In this document: positions 36,043 through 43,629 of the stretch, piece by piece
Numbering within the stretch: the first letter of the stretch is position 1
Layout of the letters: each line of letters begins with the position of its first letter
Source of the DNA: an uncultured Clostridia bacterium
Lineage (GTDB): Bacteria; Bacillota; Clostridia; Oscillospirales; Acutalibacteraceae
Direction: 5' to 3'
Length of the DNA: 64,000 bases
NCBI GenBank assembly: GCA_946186245.1
Contig: CAMHMN010000003.1
Span: 5,733-69,732, forward strand
Notes under the pieces: generated by a model
What the model saw: only the letters and a program-made list of their open reading frames with translations
What the model was told of the DNA's origin: nothing
Databases searched by the model: none
Position numbers and translations under genes: made by a program

Positions 36043-37908
36043 ATGAGAAGATACCAATTGAGCGGATTGGAGCACGTCCATGTGTTGCGGCATGTTCCCA
36101 GAAGCTACGATATGACTCGCACTCATATTATGCACAAGGGCGTGAACAAGCACGTCGACGTTGTGCTCAGATGTTCCCCGAAGAACTGGAAGAAAAAGAA
36201 GGTCGCAGTCAGCGTTGTCAGAGGCGAAAAGAAGAACGACGCCGCACGCATCAGAGCCAACGCCAAAAAGGGATACGTTGCCGTACGCAGGGCTGCCAGT
36301 GATAAATTTGAAGCCGATCGCCTCGCCGCCGCGGCAGCGTACGAAACCAAGTACGGCAGACCGTCCGCAGGCGCTGACGCTCTCATTCACGACATGAAGA
36401 GCCAGCTTTCCACCATGGCCAAAAAGAGCGCCGATTTCATCGACGATCAGCTCAGCGCAAATCCCACGGTCACCTATCCTACTTTCAAATCCACTCCCGA
36501 CACCGACACCGCGGTTCCGGCCTCCGCCGAAACCGAAACGCCTCTTATCAGCCTCGAAAGCGAAAAGATTCTCAAGGAAGGCGGCTACCGCATGCCGGGC
36601 GACAGGCTCTATCCCAGCAACCCGTATGCAACCGATTATCTCAAACAGACCTCGGATGAGGAATTCCATATTCTGATGAATTCTCTGGAGAAATCGCTCG
36701 ACGAGGCATGCAAAAAATACGCCTCCCCCTCCGGAGACGCCGACGTCAGCACCCAAGCCGCTTCCCAGGTCAATGCCGAAACCGAGCCGCCCCATGAACC
36801 GGAAACGGAGAATCATTACTTCAGCAATTACACGGGCGGTTACAGGCTGCCCAACGACGTCAGTGTCAGCGTTTCCAAGAAGCAGGAAACCCATAAGGAG
36901 GAAAAGCCGGAGGTTAAAACCGAGGAAGAAAATCCGGCGCTCATGGAGGACTTCCAGCCCACGCTCAGATTCACCGATGGCGGAGAGCATTACATTCCCA
37001 CCGTTCCCGACAATTCCTTCACCACCGACAACTCCCCCGTGGACGATCTGTTCGACCGCGAACTGCATCGCCCCGGCGACAGATATGTCCCCCCTGCCTA
37101 TTACTTTGACGACGACGACAATGCCCCGGCTGCCTTTGAGGAAGAGGAAAATGAACACGAGGTTTCTCTCCCCGATGTGGTACCGGTTCAGACCGCACCG
37201 CAGCCGCAGGATATTTTCTATACGACAGACGACCAGACGCACGACGATCTCTTCTTCGGTACGTTCAGCGATGAACCCGACCGGGAGGATGTCCCTCCGG
37301 TCGTGCCGGAGGAAGAATCCGTTTCCCCGGATGATTTCGCCGCCGAAGGCTATCCGCGCGAGGATTATGAACAGCAGCAGGTGTTCTTCCCCACCCTGGA
37401 GGACAACACCCGGCTCTACAACCCGCCCCAGAATGAGGATAATTTTGCGCAGCCCACATTGTATCCCGAATCGGTCGAAACGCCCGTCAGCGAGGACGAT
37501 GATGACGATCCTCCCATGGTATTCCCCGACAGCGGAGAGAACGATCTTTCGCCTGCCGAGGAAAGCCCGTACGATGACGACGAGGAGCTGCCGCCTCCCA
37601 TGATTTTCCCTGACGAGGACGAAGAGCTGCCGCCCCCCATGATTTTCCCCGATGAGGACGAAGGCTACAGCCCCGCGCCGGTTTCACCCGACCGCAACGA
37701 GCCGTTTGAAGGAACCGCCGATCATCAGGGCTTGATAGACCGTTCCGGACAGACGCTTTTCAGCCGCACGGGCGACCAGATCAAGAAGGTCATCGGCGTC
37801 ATCCGCGGTTCGGATGACAGCGCCGCCGGTTCCAAAAAACAGGATCCTCCCATTCGCAATCAGAACGTGGAGATAACCTATTCCGACAGGGAAAGATACA
37901 ACAGATAA
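36043..37908 (+). CDS. Hypothetical acidic, Pro-rich low-complexity protein (621 aa)
   Basis: ATG 36043 follows AAAGGAGGGA. The track ORF from 35983 starts inside repeat B. A basic N-terminal region of about 90 aa precedes a long D/E/P-rich region with a duplicated EELPPPMIFPDEDE. Confidence 0.55.
   Translation: MRRYQLSGLEHVHVLRHVPRSYDMTRTHIMHKGVNKHVDVVLRCSPKNWKKKKVAVSVVRGEKKNDAARIRANAKKGYVAVRRAASDKFEADRLAAAAAYETKYGRPSAGADALIHDMKSQLSTMAKKSADFIDDQLSANPTVTYPTFKSTPDTDTAVPASAETETPLISLESEKILKEGGYRMPGDRLYPSNPYATDYLKQTSDEEFHILMNSLEKSLDEACKKYASPSGDADVSTQAASQVNAETEPPHEPETENHYFSNYTGGYRLPNDVSVSVSKKQETHKEEKPEVKTEEENPALMEDFQPTLRFTDGGEHYIPTVPDNSFTTDNSPVDDLFDRELHRPGDRYVPPAYYFDDDDNAPAAFEEEENEHEVSLPDVVPVQTAPQPQDIFYTTDDQTHDDLFFGTFSDEPDREDVPPVVPEEESVSPDDFAAEGYPREDYEQQQVFFPTLEDNTRLYNPPQNEDNFAQPTLYPESVETPVSEDDDDDPPMVFPDSGENDLSPAEESPYDDDEELPPPMIFPDEDEELPPPMIFPDEDEGYSPAPVSPDRNEPFEGTADHQGLIDRSGQTLFSRTGDQIKKVIGVIRGSDDSAAGSKKQDPPIRNQNVEITYSDRERYNR
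37582..37659 (+). repeat. Tandem duplication of a 39-bp unit (35/39 identical)
   Basis: GAGGAGCTGCCGCCTCCCATGATTTTCCCTGACGAGGAC is followed by GAAGAGCTGCCGCCCCCCATGATTTTCCCCGATGAGGAC, in frame. Confidence 0.85.
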
Positions 37909-37915
37909 TTACACG

Positions 37916-37973
37916 ATCCGCCATGAGCTGTGCTGCGTATCACTGCATCGCGGCGACATGGCGGATTTTAATT
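37916..37973 (+). terminator. Terminator-like hairpin
   Basis: ATCCGCCATG (37916-37925) pairs with CATGGCGGAT (37957-37966) over 10 bp with a long loop, followed by TTTTAATT. Confidence 0.6.
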
Positions 37974-37993
37974 CAGGGAGTAGATAATGCCCA

Positions 37994-38746
37994 ATGGATA
38001 AACAAACAAGGGCTTTGGCGCTGATCATCTGCGCGGTGGGATTTGTGGTCTTCGCCGCGCTGGCTGTCTATGTCGCATCAGGCAATCGCGGCGGCGGCGT
38101 GCTTCCGCAAGGTCAGACGGTGAAGTATTCGGCGGTTTCCACGTCCGACCGTTCGCAGACTGCTTCCGGGACACAGACAACCGCCGCTGCTCCCAAGTCA
38201 AATGAGGAAATGGTCCGGGTAAGGGATTTCGCACCGGAGATACGGGTCGATCTCAAGTACGCGGGCAAGAGAAACATGACCGGCAAACGCCTCTATGATT
38301 TCAGCGACGCGTACCTGCGCTACGGCACCGTCAAGAAGCTGATCCGCGCACAGAAAAAGCTGGAAAAGTACGGCATGGGGCTGGAAATCTGGGACGCGTA
38401 CCGCACGGTCAGGGCGCAGCAGAAGCTTTGGGCGGTATGCCCCAATGCGGCTTATGTCACCGATCCCTCCAAGGGGTATTCCTCACACACCAAGGGAAGT
38501 GCCGTGGACGTCACGCTCGTGGACACCGACGGCACCGAAATGGTCATGCCGACCGGATTCGACAACCTGACCAAGCTCGCCGACCGAGATTACAGCGACA
38601 TCGACGACGAATTCGCCCGCGAAAATGCAAGTCTGCTGGAAAAAACCATGAAATCCTGCGGCTTCACGGCCTATAAGGAAGAATGGTGGCACTTCACCGA
38701 CAAGGACCGTTATTCCGTACTCAAAGATTTCGTGCCGCCGCAGTGA
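37994..38746 (+). CDS. M15 family D-alanyl-D-alanine dipeptidase (VanX-like), membrane anchored
   Basis: N-terminal TM, LEIWDAYRTVRAQQKLW, SSHTKGSAVDVTL and EEWWHF. Confidence 0.85.
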   Translation: MDKQTRALALIICAVGFVVFAALAVYVASGNRGGGVLPQGQTVKYSAVSTSDRSQTASGTQTTAAAPKSNEEMVRVRDFAPEIRVDLKYAGKRNMTGKRLYDFSDAYLRYGTVKKLIRAQKKLEKYGMGLEIWDAYRTVRAQQKLWAVCPNAAYVTDPSKGYSSHTKGSAVDVTLVDTDGTEMVMPTGFDNLTKLADRDYSDIDDEFARENASLLEKTMKSCGFTAYKEEWWHFTDKDRYSVLKDFVPPQ

Positions 38747-38825
38747 CGTCGGCGCCGGCGGAATTCACGCAGGTACAAAGAGAAAAATTCATATATGAAA
38801 AATACATAATAATGCGATTAAACAG

Positions 38826-38854
38826 TTGACCTTTTTGATTATTTGTGTCATAAT
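38826..38854 (+). promoter_or_regulatory. Sigma-A-type promoter for the zinc-ribbon gene trio
   Basis: TTGACC (38826-38831), 17 nt, TGtCATAAT (CATAAT 38849-38854). Confidence 0.5.
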
Positions 38855-38950
38855 ATACAAGGAATACTTTATGTTTATTTTTTAGCTGCGGCATTGGTTA
38901 TCCAGTTCGGCGGTTTCATGTCGGCAGCTTATGTTTACGGAGGAATCTGC

Positions 38951-39769
38951 ATGGCTTTTTGTTCAAAATGCGGCAGCGAACTGCGCAGCGGACTGAAATT
39001 CTGCACCAAATGCGGCGCAGTGGTCAGCTCAGACGATGAAGACAGCGTCAGCGGCGGAAATACAACCAATACCACCACCGGCACCCGAAGCTCCTCACAG
39101 AACGGCTCAGGCTCAGGCACAGGGTACAAGAGCGCCGGCGCTTCGGGCAGTGAAACCGAAGCCCTGGTGGATACCAGACCGCTTGCTCCCACAATCGTCA
39201 TCGGGCCTGCTCCTAAAAAGGATCCTTCCCGTGGCTTGAAGAGCTTTGCAAAGGGCGCAGTGGGATTCATTATCGCGGTTGCGGTGATTATCATCGGCGT
39301 GTGTGTGTCCGCTCTGGTGGTGAGCAACTTCGGCACAAAAGCCCAGATCGAGGAGGTGGACGACACCAAATCCCAGCAAATGCTGGCGCTGGTGGACGAC
39401 GTCCGCAACCCGAACTTTGACGACGTAATTGACGATCTTCTTTCCAAAAAGGGCAAGGCGGAGGACTACAGTTTCCTGGAGGAATACACCGCCAAATTCA
39501 ACGAGATTCTCGGCGACGAATACACCGAGGAGGAAAAGCTCTTCTGCGACTGCTGCTATTACGTGTGGTACACGGAATATGAGGCCAAACGCTACGAATG
39601 GCTTTCCAACAACAGCGGCCTGCTCAATTATCTCTATGTAGGCAAGGCGGACAGATACCGCAAATACGCCGACACCCTTTACGAAATGCTTTCCTCCTCA
39701 AAATCCGATACCGATCTTAAAAATATCCGGATCTACTGCGTGGATCACAAGATCATCAACGAAAACTGA
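38951..39769 (+). CDS. Zinc-ribbon membrane protein 1 (272 aa)
   Basis: ATG 38951 follows GGAGGA. MAFCSKCGSELRSGLKFCTKCG, a Ser/Gly/Thr linker, one TM and an extracytoplasmic domain. The track ORF from 38843 is an extension. Confidence 0.7.
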   Translation: MAFCSKCGSELRSGLKFCTKCGAVVSSDDEDSVSGGNTTNTTTGTRSSSQNGSGSGTGYKSAGASGSETEALVDTRPLAPTIVIGPAPKKDPSRGLKSFAKGAVGFIIAVAVIIIGVCVSALVVSNFGTKAQIEEVDDTKSQQMLALVDDVRNPNFDDVIDDLLSKKGKAEDYSFLEEYTAKFNEILGDEYTEEEKLFCDCCYYVWYTEYEAKRYEWLSNNSGLLNYLYVGKADRYRKYADTLYEMLSSSKSDTDLKNIRIYCVDHKIINEN

Positions 39770-39857
39770 CCCCTGTCGTAATCATCTGCATTCTGCGGTT
39801 TGTCTGTCGTGAGAAACCGTAAATATACAATCTGTTTATCGAAAGGAAGCATGTATT

Positions 39858-40307
39858 ATGTTCTGTAAAAAATGCGGAACCGAGCTCCCCACAGGAGCGT
39901 CGGAATGCCCGAAATGCGGCAAGGCCGTTGAAACCATCATGGTAGCCGAAGAACCCAAGACCCAATCGGTCTCCACATCCGCTCCCGAGGCAGCCGAACC
40001 TGCGGCTCCCGTCAGAAAAAAGGCTAAGCCCGACAAGCTGACCCTTCCTTTGGCGATGCTGATCATTTCCGGCGCCGGTCTGGTCTATCTCTATATGAGC
40101 AATACCTTTTCCAGCATACTGTCATGGTTTACCTCGACCGGAGAAGAAAAGCACCTCAGACCCGAAATCAACACCGGCACCGATCCGATAGAGCTTGTCG
40201 GCAATATCGGCGCAATCGTCATTGCCGCGCTCTTCGTGCTGATGGCGGTTGCCGGACTGGTGATTCTCTTCAGACGTCTCGGCAGAAAGGTCTCCCGCAA
40301 GGATTGA
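39858..40307 (+). CDS. Zinc-ribbon membrane protein 2 (149 aa)
   Basis: MFCKKCGTELPTGASECPKCG followed by two TM helices. Confidence 0.7.
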   Translation: MFCKKCGTELPTGASECPKCGKAVETIMVAEEPKTQSVSTSAPEAAEPAAPVRKKAKPDKLTLPLAMLIISGAGLVYLYMSNTFSSILSWFTSTGEEKHLRPEINTGTDPIELVGNIGAIVIAALFVLMAVAGLVILFRRLGRKVSRKD

Positions 40308-40368
40308 TTTCTGTCCTGTATCAGAACAAACGTATTAATATTTTCAGATGAAAGTGAGGTAATCCGAC

Positions 40369-40902
40369 ATGTTTTGTTCACATTGCGGCGCTCAGAACGC
40401 AGACGACGATCTTTTCTGCGGCAGCTGCGGTCAGAAGCTGACTGGCGGTTCTTCCGCCGCAGCCATTGAGGACGAGGATCTTCCTCCCGTTATGGACAGC
40501 CGCGCCGAATTTGCCATGCTGCGTCCGCCCGAGTCGGAAATGCGTCCTTTGACCAAGCTGGCATACGACATACACGATTCCGAACAGGCCAAGACCATCA
40601 GCGCCGTGCTGAGCGTGGTATTCGTGGGGCTTTGTCTGGGAGTGATAGCCAATCTGCTGGCTATTTTTGAGAAGATGAACAACCTCACCTATTCTCTCAA
40701 GATCTCCAGCGGCACCAAGCTCTCCGACGAGATTTACAGTCAGCTCCGGGGCGACAACACAATGGATCTTATCTGGCTCTGCGTGCTCTTCGCGTCTTTG
40801 GTGCTGCTCTATATCGTCGTGGGAAAGATCAAGCTGAGACTTAAAAAAATCTATCGCAAGGAAAAGAAATTCAAGGCAAAAGGTCTTTTCATCGATATTT
40901 AA
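40369..40902 (+). CDS. Zinc-ribbon membrane protein 3 (177 aa)
   Basis: MFCSHCGAQNADDDLFCGSCG followed by two TM helices. Confidence 0.7.
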   Translation: MFCSHCGAQNADDDLFCGSCGQKLTGGSSAAAIEDEDLPPVMDSRAEFAMLRPPESEMRPLTKLAYDIHDSEQAKTISAVLSVVFVGLCLGVIANLLAIFEKMNNLTYSLKISSGTKLSDEIYSQLRGDNTMDLIWLCVLFASLVLLYIVVGKIKLRLKKIYRKEKKFKAKGLFIDI

Positions 40903-40911
40903 TTGAATTTT

Positions 40912-40954
40912 GGGCCGCGCCGGCATGTTTTCTGACCGGCACGGCTCTTTTTTT
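40912..40954 (+). terminator. Rho-independent terminator
   Basis: GGGCCGCGCCGG (40912-40923) pairs with CCGGCACGGCTC (40936-40947) at 10/12, followed by TTTTTTT. Confidence 0.65.
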
Positions 40955-41038
40955 GTCCGGAAACAATCCTGCACTTGAAAACCTATAAAATATATGGTAT
41001 TATGTAATTACAACTACAGTTAAGGGAGAGAGATAAGA

Positions 41039-41476
41039 TTGAAGATTTCCACCAAAGGCAGGTACGCGCTCAGACTTATGCTTGATCTCGCTGAGCATCG
41101 CGGCGAAGGATTTATCGCGCTCAAGGATATCGCTGAACGACAGGGAATTTCAAAAAAGTACCTCGAACAGATTATTCCTATGCTCAATACACCCGATCTG
41201 CTCCAGACCAACAGGGGATTCCAGGGAGGATACCGGCTGGCTTCACCCCCCGAAAAATATACCGTGGGCATGATTCTCAGGCTGACCGAAGGCAGTCTGG
41301 CTCCGGTCGCCTGCCTGACGCAGCATCCCAATGTCTGCGAAAGAGCCGACGAATGCCCTACCCTCTTCATCTGGGAAGGTCTCAACAAAGTCATTCGCGA
41401 GTATCTTGACAGCATTACCCTTCAGGATATTCTTGACAGGCAGAGCGAGGGTTATTCCAACAATTATATCATATGA
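41039..41476 (+). CDS. Rrf2 family transcriptional regulator (Fe-S-type, IscR/CymR-like)
   Basis: TTG start follows AAGGGAGAGAG. MKISTKGRYALRLMLDLA is the Rrf2 signature. Three Cys (C..x..C..x..C in ACLTQHPNVCERADEC) are candidate cluster ligands. Confidence 0.9.
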   Translation: MKISTKGRYALRLMLDLAEHRGEGFIALKDIAERQGISKKYLEQIIPMLNTPDLLQTNRGFQGGYRLASPPEKYTVGMILRLTEGSLAPVACLTQHPNVCERADECPTLFIWEGLNKVIREYLDSITLQDILDRQSEGYSNNYII

Positions 41477-41508
41477 TTTTTCTAGAAACACAGATCGGAG
41501 AGGTGTAT

Positions 41509-42372
41509 ATGAAGTACTTTGATCGCAGAATCCTCAGATCCGCTGCGTTGACCCTTGCCGCGGCCGTCTTTCTTTTGTCGTGCGTTTCCTGCACTTCCGA
41601 CAGCGTTGCAAGCCGGATAAAGGAAAACGGCGGCCTCAGAGTGGGCTATTGCTCCTGCTCCGCCGATGACGACGCGCCGTTTGTCATAAAGGACAGCCAA
41701 AACAAATTCGGCGGGCTGACAGGAGAGCCGGCTTCCAAGGTCGCCGGTTCCATGGCAACTGAATTGCTCTTCAGCCGCTTTTCCTCGGCGGACGCCTACG
41801 ACAAGCTGATGAATGGCAGTGTGGACTGCCTGTGGAATTGCCCTCCGCCCGCAAAGGAACTCGTTTCCTCTGTGAGAACGATCGAAACGGGTCTGTATTA
41901 CCGCCAGGTGATTATGACAACGGCTGACAGCAAGATCAGCCGTCTTGCCGACATCAAGGGCCAAAAGCTGGCCGTCGTGAGCGGTTCCGACGCTCAGATC
42001 GAGCTGCACAACGCTTCGGTGATGGAAAGCAGCCTCAAGCAGATCGTGGTGTGCTCCGACATGGCGCAGCTTCTTCGGGAGCTTGCTTCCGGAAAGGTGC
42101 AGTGTGCGGCGGTGGACGAACCGCAGGCACTTTATGCGGCAGCCAATTACAAAGAAAACGACGTCAGCTTCAAATGTGTGGAAACCCCCATCGCCGAGTG
42201 CAGACTGGTGATTGTGACCCGCGCGGACGACGCCGATCTTTGCTCCATCATAGCGGAAACATATGTCGATCTGTCCCGGAAGGGTCTGATCAAAGAGCTC
42301 TGCGAAGGGTACAATCTCGACATTCTGCTCAGGTCTTATCTCAAGGACAATCCCGCACAGGAAAGCGCGTAA
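41509..42372 (+). CDS. Lipoprotein, family-3 solute-binding protein-like
   Basis: ATG 41509 follows GGAGAGG. Lipobox LLSCVSC. The GLRVGY...PF...G...DCLW pattern is typical of SBP_bac_3. Tentative. Confidence 0.55.
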   Translation: MKYFDRRILRSAALTLAAAVFLLSCVSCTSDSVASRIKENGGLRVGYCSCSADDDAPFVIKDSQNKFGGLTGEPASKVAGSMATELLFSRFSSADAYDKLMNGSVDCLWNCPPPAKELVSSVRTIETGLYYRQVIMTTADSKISRLADIKGQKLAVVSGSDAQIELHNASVMESSLKQIVVCSDMAQLLRELASGKVQCAAVDEPQALYAAANYKENDVSFKCVETPIAECRLVIVTRADDADLCSIIAETYVDLSRKGLIKELCEGYNLDILLRSYLKDNPAQESA

Positions 42373-42414
42373 GTTCTACCTTCTTGCAGAAATAAAAAAC
42401 CGTTCACATACAAA

Positions 42415-42458
42415 AAGAACCGCGTCGGTCAATGGCCGATACGGTTCTTTTGATTTTG
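42415..42458. terminator. Terminator between convergent genes
   Basis: AAGAACCG (42415-42422) pairs with CGGTTCTT (42442-42449), followed by TTGATTTT. Confidence 0.65.
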
Positions 42459-42502
42459 CATTAATCTGCGGTGCTTGTGCTGTCCGGGGTAGCCTTCCTG
42501 CT

Positions 42503-43477
42503 TTAGGGCTCCGAACGGTCATCATCCGACGACGAATGAGAAGTGGTCGAGGAAGGTTCACTGCTGTGCGAAGTCGTCCTTGTGGTGGTCGGCTCGGTCG
42601 TCGTCTTGGTGGTGGACGGCGCTTCAGTCGTCGTCTTAGTGGTAGAAGGCGCCTCGGTGGTCGTCTTGGTAGTGGACGGTGCCTGCGTCGTCGTCTTGGT
42701 GGTGGACGGCGCCTGGGTCGTCGTCTTGGTGGTGGACGGCGCCTCGGTAGTCGTCTTGGTGGTGGAAGACGACACGGTGGTCTTCTTGGTTGTGGATTTC
42801 ACGGTGGTGGTCTTCGTGATGGGAGCCGCCGTCGTGACCGGTTTCTTTGAAGTGGTGGTCACCGCCGCAGAAGGCCCGGTTTTCCTGGTTGTTTTCTTTG
42901 AAGTCGTCTTGGTGGTGGACTTCTGGTTGGCAGCCTTGGTAGTGAGCGGTTTTGCAGACGTGGCCACCGTGGTTTTCTTGGTGGTCTGTCTGGTTGTCTT
43001 CTTGGTGGTGGTGTGTTTCACGGTCGTCGTGGTTTTGAGTTCCTCGTTGTTGACAACCGGCAGTTTGGTGGTCACCGTGGTCATAAAGAGGAATTGCTCG
43101 TCGATTTCGTCTTCCTCGACGTCGAGCGTTTCGGAGGTATAATCCTCGTCATCATCGTCGTCGATGAATTCCACTACCGTTACACCGCCGTCAATATTGA
43201 CCGGCTCCTCGGTGGTGGTGGTGGTAGGAGCGACCGTCGGCTGTTCGTCAGTCATGTCCTCGGAATCGCTCTCCGAAACGGCATAACCCGGCGTTTCTTC
43301 AATGGAGGTGTCGCTGAAGGAAGTAACGTAGTGAATTTTGGGAACCGGCTGCAGATAGCTGTCGGTCGATGTGCTGCTGCTCACAATACTGCCGCACACG
43401 AACACCGTAGCAAACAGCGCGACAAACATTGACATGACGATCATGAATTTCTGTGCAACAGACTTGTCCAGAAGCAA
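42503..43477 (-). CDS. Membrane-anchored Thr-rich (mucin-like) repeat protein
   Basis: N-terminal TM (FMIVMSMFVALFATVFVCG), an acidic region, then TTKTTT(E/Q)APS decapeptide repeats. The exact start is uncertain because TTG 43477 sits too close to AGGAGG. Confidence 0.6.
   Translation of the reverse strand: MLLDKSVAQKFMIVMSMFVALFATVFVCGSIVSSSTSTDSYLQPVPKIHYVTSFSDTSIEETPGYAVSESDSEDMTDEQPTVAPTTTTTEEPVNIDGGVTVVEFIDDDDDEDYTSETLDVEEDEIDEQFLFMTTVTTKLPVVNNEELKTTTTVKHTTTKKTTRQTTKKTTVATSAKPLTTKAANQKSTTKTTSKKTTRKTGPSAAVTTTSKKPVTTAAPITKTTTVKSTTKKTTVSSSTTKTTTEAPSTTKTTTQAPSTTKTTTQAPSTTKTTTEAPSTTKTTTEAPSTTKTTTEPTTTRTTSHSSEPSSTTSHSSSDDDRSEP
42601..42780 (-). repeat. About six tandem 30-bp repeats encoding APSTTKTTT(E/Q)
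   Basis: Units of TCGTCTTGGTGGTGGACGGCGCCTCGGTCG-like sequence every 30 bp from 42601, read directly. Confidence 0.85.
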
Positions 43478-43629
43478 CTCCTCCTTTCACCGGAATATGG
43501 GGCAATTACAGATAATACTCCATTTAAAAGCAAGTATAATTATATGACATAATTATGAGAATGTAAAGAGTAAAATCATTAAATTTTTTCTAATTTATCA
43601 TAATTAGATTGTAAAAATAGTGGAAAAAT

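Noticed and set aside
36010-37242. 410-aa ORF antisense to the acidic protein gene
   Set aside because: It has no RBS, would start inside repeat B and has a Gly/Val/Phe-rich shadow composition. I keep the plus-strand gene, though only with moderate confidence.
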